Below, piece by piece: positions 8,392 through 17,228 of a DNA stretch of 32,000 nt (within the stretch, counting starts at the first letter, position 1; every line of letters starts with the position of its first letter). The stretch lies in NCBI RefSeq assembly GCF_004125825.1, contig NZ_QQWI01000010.1, positions 40,364-72,363 on the forward strand, written 5' to 3'. The notes below the pieces were generated by a model. That model made no database searches, was not told where the DNA came from, and saw only the letters and a list, made by a program, of their open reading frames with translations. The position numbers were made by a program, and so were the translations under genes. The DNA comes from Fusibacter sp. A1. GTDB lineage: Bacteria; Bacillota; Clostridia; Peptostreptococcales; Acidaminobacteraceae.

Positions 8392-9900
8392 TCAGTTGCC
8401 GTAGAAGAGACTGCTTGATGCGAACTGAGCGTCGCATGTCAGCTCGATTCCCAAGTTTCGCAAAGTTGCCTCATTGTTTGCGTGTAGAATCACGGTCGCA
8501 TGTGTCTCACATCCGCGTAGGTCGGATAGGTGGTCAAGAGCGACTTGCGCCATCGGATTAAAGGCCGCACTTATTGAAAGGGCGATCAGTACTTCCTCTA
8601 AACTGAGAAGCGAGCGTTTGTCACCTAAGGATTCGGTCTTAAGCTTGATGATCGGATTGAGGATCGCCGGTGACAGAAGATGAACATCATCAGAAATTCC
8701 GGCGTGTTTCTTAAGGGCGTTGATCACACATGCGGCAGCCGCGTCCATTGCCTGTCCGTTCTTCCCTGTTACGATCTCTCCATTGTTGAGTTCGAGTGCT
8801 ACAACAGGAACAGCGGTGTCGGTATCGTATTTTATCGCCAACTGCTCGGCATAAGCTCGCGCGGGTTCAACTACGACACGATGTGTCGGTTTAAGCTGAA
8901 GCTCCTCCATGATCATCTTCGATCGGTTGAAGGTGTCGATGTCGCACTGGCCTTTTTTGTATTCGCAGCCCGTCTTGAAGTAACGTCGGATGATTTCTTG
9001 TCGAGAAGCTTCTTTGATAGCCTCATCATCGGTGATGCCAAAAGCGATTCGGTTGACGCCCATATCCGTTGGTGACTGGTACATGGAGTCTGTTCCGGTT
9101 ATCTTTTCGATGATCCGCTTAAGTACAGGGAACGTTTCGATATCGCGATTGTAGTTGACGGTAACTTCTCCGTAGGCTTCTAGGTGGAAGGAGTCCACCA
9201 TGTTGACGTCCTTCAGATCCACGGTTGCCGCTTCGTATGCGATGTTAAGCGGGTGCTTAAGCGGCATGTTCCACACTGGGAAGGTTTCGAATTTTGAATA
9301 GCCAACGCTGTTGCCCATCTTATACTCGTGATAGAGCTGTGTGAGGCAAGTCGCAAGTTTACCGCTACCAGGACCTGGTGCGGTTACCACAACGATAGGC
9401 TTTGTGGTCTCTACATATTCGTTTTTACCATAGCCCTCGTCACTTACGATGGTATCCACATCTGTCGGATATCCCTTTGTGGCGGTGTGCTTATAGACTT
9501 TGATTCCTTTGTGCTCCAGTTTATTGATAAATGCCGTTGTTGCAGGCTGGTTGTCAAATCTTGTGATGACCACGCTATTGATTTCTAGGTCATTGTTTCT
9601 CAAATCGTCAATAAGTTTGAGTACGTCGATGTCATAAGAGATACCGAAGTCGCCTCTCATCTTATTTCTTTCTATATCACCCGCATAGACACAAACGATG
9701 ACTTCCAACTTGTCCTTCAACTTATTGAGCAGTTTTATCTTTGCGTTTTCATCAAAACCGGGCAACACTCTTTTGGCATGCATGTCAAATATCATCTTGC
9801 CGCCAAACTCCAGATAAAGTTTATCGAAATTATTGACGCGTTCAAGAATGTACTTTGACTGTTCCTCAAGATATTTTTCAGAATCAAATCCTTTTTTCAT
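8392..9900 (-). CDS. DUF1846 / UPF0371 family protein
   Basis: GGAGG RBS precedes the ATG at 9900 ([22 protein letters not shown]...). About 500 aa. The N-terminus and [23 protein letters not shown] match the conserved Firmicute UPF0371 family as I remember it. Confidence 0.88.
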   Translation of the reverse strand: MKKGFDSEKYLEEQSKYILERVNNFDKLYLEFGGKMIFDMHAKRVLPGFDENAKIKLLNKLKDKLEVIVCVYAGDIERNKMRGDFGISYDIDVLKLIDDLRNNDLEINSVVITRFDNQPATTAFINKLEHKGIKVYKHTATKGYPTDVDTIVSDEGYGKNEYVETTKPIVVVTAPGPGSGKLATCLTQLYHEYKMGNSVGYSKFETFPVWNMPLKHPLNIAYEAATVDLKDVNMVDSFHLEAYGEVTVNYNRDIETFPVLKRIIEKITGTDSMYQSPTDMGVNRIAFGITDDEAIKEASRQEIIRRYFKTGCEYKKGQCDIDTFNRSKMIMEELQLKPTHRVVVEPARAYAEQLAIKYDTDTAVPVVALELNNGEIVTGKNGQAMDAAAACVINALKKHAGISDDVHLLSPAILNPIIKLKTESLGDKRSLLSLEEVLIALSISAAFNPMAQVALDHLSDLRGCETHATVILHANNEATLRNLGIELTCDAQFASSSLFYGN

Positions 9901-10141
9901 AATAACCTCCAATGGTTTTCTTTAATCTATCATGCATATGGTTTGTTTGTCTACGTACATTTTGTCAAATACCAAGGAAAATCTAATTTGTCAACGGATC
10001 AATAAGGTACGACAATTTACGTGTTTGGCAGAAGCAACTGATTTTCTTAACAAAACAGTAAAAATTATAAGCGGATATAAACCGACGAATCGGGTAATAG
10101 ATATAGCAACAAAGGATAAGTAGGTGCAAAAGGAGGTTTTT

Positions 10142-11719
10142 ATGCGACTGATTGCAATTATACTGATCGTACTCTTGCTTTTCACGCTTCCTGTCAACTA
10201 TGTAGCTAATTTGCTAGGGCGACCACCATCGAAGACTTGGCATGAGGAAGCAGTGGTCACGTTTTATGAAGACCAGATCATTCGAAAATACGCTCCCATA
10301 GATTATGTAAAATACGGTGACAATCTGATTTCTGTGGGGATAGAGGCAAATGAGCTGGACATAAGGCTCTTTAACAAGCAAAATGCTCCTGTGGATGCGT
10401 TCAAATCGGTGTTTATCGAAAGAGCAATCTGGCAGCTTAAGATCGAATCGGTTGACGAACGGGAGCTGTCTATACTGACATTCGGTGATTATGTCCTTTA
10501 TAGGACTCGAATCAGCCTTGTCGATGGAACCATCACCAGCGACAGGCGTATTGCAGAAAATGTCATCAAGTTTGATGGTGAGGAAGGGTATGTCGTTTTT
10601 GAGCAGGACTCACAAATCTATTTGTTGATTCCTGATGGCGGTATGCAGTTGCTATTTAATGGAAATGTTAACCAACTTGAGCTTGTGGTTGGTGAAAACT
10701 ACATTACAGTAGTCGATAACCGCAGGGACTTGGCGAAGTTTGAAACCCATGTCACAAACTACAGAATTGACACACACGAAATTATCAGTGTGAATTTAAC
10801 AGAAACGCTCTCTTTGTCAACGGACAATTTTATTGACGCTAAGCTAAATGATGGACTTTTGGGTGTTCTATTGATGAGGACAGATGGGAGTGGAGTGAAT
10901 GAAGTTGTAACGTATAAGGGTGTCGTTCTAGATGAGAACCTAAGTGCGAAGAAAGTGTTCGAACTTCAGAATAGGAACCTAAAAAAAGGCGCCTTGATTA
11001 TTGAGATAAGACCTTCGTCATTCGATTTGGCAGTGAAACGATTTACTTCGAATTATGCGGATTATTTTAGGTTAAATACCGAATCAAAGCTCGTTGATTC
11101 GGAACGAATGACCAGGAGCCTTCACGTAAGCGCGATGCCGCTCTATGTAAAATCAGAGGAGGCGGACTACTTCTATTGGATCAACGTAAAATCAGGCGGA
11201 AAAGAACTGAATGCGACTACGACATCGAGCAGTGTAATTGACAAGGGGCCCGATATGATGGATTATCTCACATCTGCCTGGTTCACATTCGCCAGTGCGG
11301 CGATCATCATCTCACATCTTGCTCTCCCTTATTTTGTGATCATCCTGATGGCGATCTATCTTTGCTTCTATTTCGAAAAAAAATATTGGGAGAACAAGCT
11401 TATTTCAAAGATGACCGTTCCTTTTATCATTCTTGTCAGTGCAGTCTATATGATATTTATCATTGAATATCTTTTTGTCAAAAACTCGGTTATGCTCGCA
11501 TATCTTCCTACGCTTTTAAGTGTGCGTTTAGGGCTCTATCTAGTACTTGCAGGGATTTTTCTAGTCAGTGCTGTCATTTTAAAACTAGCTATCGGTCAGT
11601 TTCTGATTTCTGGAAAGTACGCGAAGGTAACCGTGTTTACCCTCTCTGTGGTACTGTTATATATCGTCACAGTCAATATCTATGTGCCGATTGACTATTT
11701 TTTGCAGATGACCTTGTAA
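10142..11719 (+). CDS. hypothetical membrane protein: N-terminal anchor, ~370-aa extracytoplasmic region, C-terminal multi-TM bundle
   Basis: AAGGAGG at 10130-10136 precedes ATG 10142. N-terminal TM is MRLIAIILIVLLLFTLPV. The last ~150 aa contain 4-5 hydrophobic helices. No family recognised. Confidence 0.8.
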   Translation: MRLIAIILIVLLLFTLPVNYVANLLGRPPSKTWHEEAVVTFYEDQIIRKYAPIDYVKYGDNLISVGIEANELDIRLFNKQNAPVDAFKSVFIERAIWQLKIESVDERELSILTFGDYVLYRTRISLVDGTITSDRRIAENVIKFDGEEGYVVFEQDSQIYLLIPDGGMQLLFNGNVNQLELVVGENYITVVDNRRDLAKFETHVTNYRIDTHEIISVNLTETLSLSTDNFIDAKLNDGLLGVLLMRTDGSGVNEVVTYKGVVLDENLSAKKVFELQNRNLKKGALIIEIRPSSFDLAVKRFTSNYADYFRLNTESKLVDSERMTRSLHVSAMPLYVKSEEADYFYWINVKSGGKELNATTTSSSVIDKGPDMMDYLTSAWFTFASAAIIISHLALPYFVIILMAIYLCFYFEKKYWENKLISKMTVPFIILVSAVYMIFIIEYLFVKNSVMLAYLPTLLSVRLGLYLVLAGIFLVSAVILKLAIGQFLISGKYAKVTVFTLSVVLLYIVTVNIYVPIDYFLQMTL

Positions 11720-11809
11720 AATTGATTACTCAAAGGTCGTGATCTCATTCACCGATGACTAGATAAGCGCTCGCTGGATGAAGAAAGTGTGGAATATACG
11801 ATCTGACTA

Positions 11810-11838
11810 TTGACAGCATATGAATCTACTCATATAAT
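11810..11838 (+). promoter_or_regulatory. consensus sigma-A promoter (TTGACA-17 nt-TATAAT) driving the T-box leader and metG
   Basis: TTGACA at 11810-11815, an exact 17-nt spacer, and TATAAT at 11833-11838. Confidence 0.85.
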
Positions 11839-11844
11839 CAGACT

Positions 11845-12096
11845 ATTAAAGGCAATGAAGAGAAGAGTACTGTGTAAAGAAGGTCAAAGAGAGCCCCGAT
11901 GGTGGAAAAGGGCACTGGACATGCGCGGGAAACAAGGCTTGGAGCTGCGCTGCGGATCGGTTGGTGATGTGGCGACGTGAGTTCACGTTACAGAACCGGA
12001 GCATCAGTTGTGCTCGATCGAGGCTTAGCAGCAAATTAGGGTGGCACCGCGACTATATCGCCCCTACGTTTTATACGTAGGGGCGTTTTTGTTTTT
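11845..12096 (+). promoter_or_regulatory. T-box riboswitch leader (tRNA-sensing transcription attenuator)
   Basis: AGAGTA box at 11864-11869, AGAGAG bulge at 11888-11893 and a distal loop GATGGTGGAAAA. GGAGC K-turn 3' element at 11941-11945. Stem III is GAGCA/TGCTC at 11999-12015. T-box sequence AAATTAGGGTGGCACCGCG is at 12033-12051. The antiterminator (TAGGG-TGGCACC-GCG-loop-CGC-CCCTA) is mutually exclusive with the terminator. Confidence 0.92.
12059..12096 (+). terminator. T-box expression-platform terminator
   Basis: Stem CGCCCCTACG / CGTAGGGGCG (10 bp) with loop TTTTATA, followed by TTTTTGTTTTT. Confidence 0.92.
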
Positions 12097-12124
12097 GTAA
12101 GCTTATATAAAGGAGGCAGCAACT

Positions 12125-14125
12125 ATGAAAGAATTCAAAAGACCTAGACCGGAATTTCCAAAAAGGGCAGTGATCACAGCAGGTATGCCCTACGGTAACA
12201 AATCATTACACTTCGGGCATATCGGTGGTGTGTTCATTCACGCAGACACCTTCAGCAGATTCTTAAAAGATAGGATCGGTAAAGAGAATGTCATCTTCGT
12301 ATCCGGCACGGACTGCTATGGTTCGCCGATCGTTGCAAGTTATAAGAAACATATCGACGAAACTGGTGAAAACATCACGATGCACGATTACGTATACAGA
12401 TTCCACATGATTCAAAAAAATATTTTAAATGACTATGATGTTTCGCCCAGTCTCTACACTTCCTCAGCATTTGGAAGAAGCGGAGAAATTCATAATGAAG
12501 TATCAAAAAAACTGTTCGACACCATGTATGAGGGCGGCTACCTGAAAAAGATGTCTTCTCTGCAGTTTTTCGATCCTGTGGAGAACGAGTACCTTAACGG
12601 ACGCCAAGTCCTTGGAGAGTGCCCGTTCGAAGGATGTAAATCGGATAAGGCTTATGCCGATGAATGCGCCCTAGGGCATCAGTATATGCCTAGCGAACTG
12701 ATCAATCCTGTCAGTATCCTTTCGGGTGTCAAACCTGAGCTTAAGAATGTGTCAAACTGGTACTTCATTTTGGACGAGTATACTGAGCAACTGAAAAAAA
12801 TGGTGGACAGGCAACGTAAAGAGAAAAAAGTTAGACCCATGGTCTTAAATATCACGGATGAGTTTTTAAAGGATCCGGCAATCTATGTCACTCGTAAAGA
12901 GCAGGAAAAACTAGTAGAAGCCGGTATTGAACTAAAGAACTGCACGCTGATCGACGAGCCTAAAAAACCGTCGGTAACCTATGAGTTTGATTCTCTGAGC
13001 GATCGGGATGATGCAAGAGCCATTTTAGAAGCGAGTTCGATCCGTTTCAGAACTGGCAAAACACTGGTTCCTTTCAGATTGTCCGGTAATATCGACTGGG
13101 GCGTTCCTGTTCCAAATAAAGAGGACTTGAATGATTTGACCTTCTGGGTATGGCCTGAATCGCTATGGGCACCGGTATCGTTCACAAAAGCCTATCTTGA
13201 ATCCATCGGAAAGGATCCGGCGGATTGGAAGGACTGGTGGATCGCTGACGAGACGAAAGTCTATCAGTTCATTGGAGAAGACAACATCTACTTCTACGGT
13301 ATCGCAGAAATGGGAATGCTGCTCGCTTATCTTGGCATCGGTCCAGATGAAAAAAGAGATTTAAATGAGGTGAACTTCCCGGAACTTATTGCGAACTGCC
13401 ATCTGCTGTTCCTCGATACAAAAGCGAGCAGCTCTGGAGAAATTAAGCCGCCGATGGCTGATGAGCTCTTGGAGTACTACACTAAAGATCAGCTTCGCAT
13501 GCACTTTTTAAGTCTGGGACTGTCCAAGAAGAGTGTGAGCTTCAATCCTAAACCATTTGATCCCAACAGCAATCCGGCAGAGGCGGACGTGGTGCTTAAA
13601 GATGGAAATCTGTTGACGAATGTCTTCAACCGTCTTGTGAGATCTTGCTTCTACACCGCTCAGAAATATACGGATTCTGTCATACCGACACATGAGGTTT
13701 CTGAGGAAATCCTTAATATCGTTGAAAAAGGTGTGCTTGAATACGAAGCGAATATGGCACGCCAAGAATTCCATCGGGTTATCTACACGCTCGACAGTCT
13801 GATTCGGTCGCTTAGCAAATACTGGGCCAGAGAAATGAAGATTGCAGATGACAATGATGACAACCTCCATAGGGAGCGTATCCTTGCCGATTCGTTCTAT
13901 GGCGTGAAAACGACACTTACACTCTTGCATCCGATCGTACCGGAAAGTGCGGAGCATGCGAGAGAATATCTGAACCTGAATGAAACCGTATGGTCTTGGG
14001 ACCATATTCTTAAACCGACATCGGTTCATATGGATGATTCTGAAAACCATAGACTTAAGTTTATCGAACCAAAATTTGATTTCTTTAAAAAGCACGAATG
14101 CCAATTTGGCGACAGTCAAGCATAA
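12125..14125 (+). CDS. metG: methionine--tRNA ligase (MetRS) with divergent class I signature motifs
   Basis: AAGGAGG RBS. The ORF is collinear with E. coli MetRS as I recall it: PYGNKSLHFGHIGG (HIGH region), DCYGSPI, a connective-peptide knuckle CPFEGCKSDKAYADECALGHQY, YQFIGEDNIYFYG, and KASSS at the KMSKS position. It is preceded by a T-box. Confidence 0.88.
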   Translation: MKEFKRPRPEFPKRAVITAGMPYGNKSLHFGHIGGVFIHADTFSRFLKDRIGKENVIFVSGTDCYGSPIVASYKKHIDETGENITMHDYVYRFHMIQKNILNDYDVSPSLYTSSAFGRSGEIHNEVSKKLFDTMYEGGYLKKMSSLQFFDPVENEYLNGRQVLGECPFEGCKSDKAYADECALGHQYMPSELINPVSILSGVKPELKNVSNWYFILDEYTEQLKKMVDRQRKEKKVRPMVLNITDEFLKDPAIYVTRKEQEKLVEAGIELKNCTLIDEPKKPSVTYEFDSLSDRDDARAILEASSIRFRTGKTLVPFRLSGNIDWGVPVPNKEDLNDLTFWVWPESLWAPVSFTKAYLESIGKDPADWKDWWIADETKVYQFIGEDNIYFYGIAEMGMLLAYLGIGPDEKRDLNEVNFPELIANCHLLFLDTKASSSGEIKPPMADELLEYYTKDQLRMHFLSLGLSKKSVSFNPKPFDPNSNPAEADVVLKDGNLLTNVFNRLVRSCFYTAQKYTDSVIPTHEVSEEILNIVEKGVLEYEANMARQEFHRVIYTLDSLIRSLSKYWAREMKIADDNDDNLHRERILADSFYGVKTTLTLLHPIVPESAEHAREYLNLNETVWSWDHILKPTSVHMDDSENHRLKFIEPKFDFFKKHECQFGDSQA

Positions 14126-14196
14126 GGCGAAAGAATCGTGTATACTATTAATTGGTCGCTATTGATAGTACACCTTTAAATTTTAGGAGATAAACA

Positions 14197-17175
14197 ATGA
14201 AGCTGATTAGATTTGTCAGGGGTAGAAACACAGAGAAAAGACAAATTCCAATAATTAAAAGAATAGTATACCTACCGCTTTTGGCGGTAATCATAGGCAT
14301 CGCAGGGATTTCTTTTGTCGGATCGCGTACGATAGAAGATCAATTGCTCCACCAGATGAAAGAAAATGCGCTGGCTACGGCTGTTCAGATGGGTGAGCGT
14401 ATAGGGCTTCAAAAAGACGCCCTGGATGTCATAGAGGAACAGTTCGCCGATAAAATCCTTATTGCCAGTCGTGTTCTAAAAGACCACAAGCACGAATTTG
14501 ACCAGGTGACGATAAAGCGTATCGCCGAGCAGCTCAATATTGGCGAGACGAACTGGTTTAACTCAGGTGGAACGATTCTCTACTCGAGTATCGACCAATA
14601 CGTCGGATGGACGGCACCTGCGGATCATCCTGTGAGCCAGTTTATCAAAAGTGGAAGCGACACGTGGCTTGAACCGATCAGAAAAGATTCTGAGTCGGAT
14701 TCATACAACAAATATGGTTATGTTCGATTTGATAACGGTGAGTTCGTACAAATCGCCATACCTGCTGATCGGGTGATGGAGCTCACTGAGCAGTTTTCTT
14801 ATCAAAAGCTGCTGGATGACATTGTAAATGATAATGAAATCTTGTCTGCAAGCATCTTTGCAAAGGATGGCATGATCATGGCTTCTACCGATTCGGTCGA
14901 GGATGCGGGTCATCCAAGCGAAATGATACTTCACATTCAAACAGGCGGTATTGAAAAAATTGAAAGCCATATCAAATTTGATGCGGAGTTGAATCAGAAT
15001 ATTTTGCATGTGTATGTTCCGGTGATTTTAAGTTCATCGGAATCGGGAATGCTAGCACTTTGCTATTCGATGGATCATGTTGAAAGAGCCGCCTATGTAA
15101 GCCAAGTGCAGATATTTACGATTGGAATATTGCTTGTTTTCATCGTCGCAGGTATTTTGTATCTGGCGCAAAAAAGACTGATCGTCGCTCCAATCAAGGC
15201 GCTTGATGATGACATGCAGGTGATCTGTCCGGAATCGGCGGTTGTCTATAGGCTTCCCATTCCATCGAAAGATCCTTTCCTGTCCATTAGAAAGACCACA
15301 AATACGGTACTTGATAAAACGCAGCAGTACCTTGAAGAGCTGATCTGTTTTCAAGAAGAGCTTACAGCGTCCAATGAAGAACTTGAAGATACGGTGAGTC
15401 AGCTGACTGCGAATGAAGAAGAATTAAGAGCGCAATATGATGAAATACAAGAATATGTACACAAAATAAAAGAATTGAAGCACCGCTATGAGATAGCCAT
15501 CGATGCGACAAAATGTTTCTTATGGGAGTATTCTCTCGATACGAAGAGAATCTCCTTTTCAGATAACTTTGAAAGCATCATCGGACCCAAGGTAGATGAC
15601 TATGCCCTAGAAGATATTTTTCAAAAGGCCGTTCATCCGGATGACGTATCAGGCTGCAGAAATGAAATAAGTGCATTCACTCAACGTGTGAATCAGGACA
15701 ACCAACTTTCGGATGAAGGTATCCATCTGGAGCTGAGATTGAAAAATGAGTCTGGTGATTGGAACTGGTATATCATGCGTGGCAGAGGTGTTGACGATTA
15801 CAGTGGTGTGAATCGTCTTTTAACAGGCGTTCTGGTCGATATCACCAAACAAAAGGAACAGGAATCCTTCATCAGGTATCTTGCCGACCATGATGCGCTA
15901 ACAGGTCTCTATAGCAGACGAAAGTTCACAGAGGAACTGCAACTTAGACTCGACAGAAACGAAATAGGCGCTGTCATTCTAATGGACGTCGACAATTTTA
16001 AAGTGATCAATGATACATCGGGTCACGTGTATGGCGATTTCGTCCTGCAGATGGTAGCGGATACGCTCAAAGAGATTATTTCTAAAAAAAGCATGATCTA
16101 TCGATTGGGTGGAGACGAGTTTCTGATCATAGTCGAAGGAGATATCCATTCAAAGGATATGGAGAACCGGTTTGCAGAGTGTATCAGCGGATTTAAAGCA
16201 AAGATGGAAGCGTCCTGCTCGAATCATCATGTCACGCTGAGCACAGGGATTGTCAGCTATCCAGACGACGGTAATACCGTTGAAGAGCTGCTGATCAAGT
16301 CCGATATTGCCATGTATAGCGCGAAACGGTCAGGTAAGAACCAATACCAGTTCTATAACGACAGCATGCAGGATCAATTGTCCAGAAAAGTGGAGATTGA
16401 ACAACTACTTCGCAATGCCTTATCGCAAGACGGGTTTGAACTGCACTATCAGCCAATCGTACACACGCAGACGCAGGAACTCGCATATTTTGAGGCGCTT
16501 ATCCGCTTGAAGGACAGGTCGGTGACTCCAGATGTCTTCATCGATGTGGCCGAAGAGTCTACACTGATAGAAGCCATTGGAAAATGGGTGATCATAGAAG
16601 CCTTTTCTCAACTGAACAAGTGGCGTTTGTCAGGCTTTGAAACAAAAAAAGTCTCGATCAACTTGTCGCCAAGACAGATCAGAGTCGCAAGTTTTGTCGA
16701 ATTTGTGAAAGAACAGCTTAAGGTATACGAGCTTGAAGGGACACAAATTGAGTTTGAAATCACAGAAAATGTACTTGTTGAGAATTTGGACAGCGTGATA
16801 GAGATCCTTCATTCCTTGAATGAACTGGGTATTTCAATCGCACTGGATGATTTTGGTACAGGATACTCATCGATAAGCTACCTGACCTATATGCCAGTGA
16901 GCAAGATCAAGCTTGACAAGAGCCTAAAGGACAAGTTCATCCATCTGGAAAGCATCAAAGTCATGGATAGTATCATCAACCTCGCCCACGGCCTGAAACT
17001 GTCTGTAGTGACAGAGGGGGTTGAGACGCTTGAAGAGTACAGAAGACTCAAGCGGGGTGGAAGCGACTACATTCAAGGTTACCTGTTCAGCCAGTCGTTA
17101 ACTGCTGCAGAAGCAGAGGGGTGGCTTGAAAACAACTTGAAAAAACCGGTGATTTCCGTTCAGCAAATCACGTGA
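14197..17175 (+). CDS. membrane sensor with extracytoplasmic Cache-like domain, PAS, GGDEF and EAL domains (c-di-GMP synthase/phosphodiesterase)
   Basis: Two TM segments bracket a ~270-aa extracytoplasmic domain. A coiled coil and a PAS domain follow. GGDEF region: MDVDNFKVINDTSGH, RLGGDEFLII. EAL region: YFEALIRL, LDDFGTGYSS, KLDKS, EGVET, QGY. Confidence 0.92.
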   Translation: MKLIRFVRGRNTEKRQIPIIKRIVYLPLLAVIIGIAGISFVGSRTIEDQLLHQMKENALATAVQMGERIGLQKDALDVIEEQFADKILIASRVLKDHKHEFDQVTIKRIAEQLNIGETNWFNSGGTILYSSIDQYVGWTAPADHPVSQFIKSGSDTWLEPIRKDSESDSYNKYGYVRFDNGEFVQIAIPADRVMELTEQFSYQKLLDDIVNDNEILSASIFAKDGMIMASTDSVEDAGHPSEMILHIQTGGIEKIESHIKFDAELNQNILHVYVPVILSSSESGMLALCYSMDHVERAAYVSQVQIFTIGILLVFIVAGILYLAQKRLIVAPIKALDDDMQVICPESAVVYRLPIPSKDPFLSIRKTTNTVLDKTQQYLEELICFQEELTASNEELEDTVSQLTANEEELRAQYDEIQEYVHKIKELKHRYEIAIDATKCFLWEYSLDTKRISFSDNFESIIGPKVDDYALEDIFQKAVHPDDVSGCRNEISAFTQRVNQDNQLSDEGIHLELRLKNESGDWNWYIMRGRGVDDYSGVNRLLTGVLVDITKQKEQESFIRYLADHDALTGLYSRRKFTEELQLRLDRNEIGAVILMDVDNFKVINDTSGHVYGDFVLQMVADTLKEIISKKSMIYRLGGDEFLIIVEGDIHSKDMENRFAECISGFKAKMEASCSNHHVTLSTGIVSYPDDGNTVEELLIKSDIAMYSAKRSGKNQYQFYNDSMQDQLSRKVEIEQLLRNALSQDGFELHYQPIVHTQTQELAYFEALIRLKDRSVTPDVFIDVAEESTLIEAIGKWVIIEAFSQLNKWRLSGFETKKVSINLSPRQIRVASFVEFVKEQLKVYELEGTQIEFEITENVLVENLDSVIEILHSLNELGISIALDDFGTGYSSISYLTYMPVSKIKLDKSLKDKFIHLESIKVMDSIINLAHGLKLSVVTEGVETLEEYRRLKRGGSDYIQGYLFSQSLTAAEAEGWLENNLKKPVISVQQIT

Positions 17176-17188
17176 ACATCGAATACGC

Positions 17189-17228
17189 AAAACGAGCCTC
17201 TCCCTTTACTTGGAGAGGCTCGTTTTTT
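17189..17228. terminator. bidirectional rho-independent terminator between convergent genes
   Basis: AAAACGAGCCTCTCC ... GGAGAGGCTCGTTTTTT. The T run overlaps the kinase stop codon on the opposite strand. Confidence 0.85.

Noticed and set aside
9961-10018. Repeated TTTGTCAA motif (9961-9968 and 9987-9994), plus a related inverted copy GACAATTT (10011-10018), in the DUF1846/membrane-protein intergenic region; considered as an operator array
   Set aside because: Read on the minus strand, the two direct copies are simply TTGACA, which are -35-like hexamers plausibly belonging to the DUF1846 promoter(s). The third copy is imperfect. This is not enough evidence for a dedicated regulator site.
13508-14119. 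203-aa ORF antisense to the 3' part of metG
   Set aside because: It lies entirely within a well-supported conserved CDS on the other strand. Its composition (Arg/Phe/Ile/Cys-rich, no RBS, no recognisable motif) is typical of a shadow ORF. The same reasoning applies to 20935-21507 (antisense to glpK), 27551-28051 (antisense to ftcD) and the other short antisense or alternative-frame ORFs in the track.
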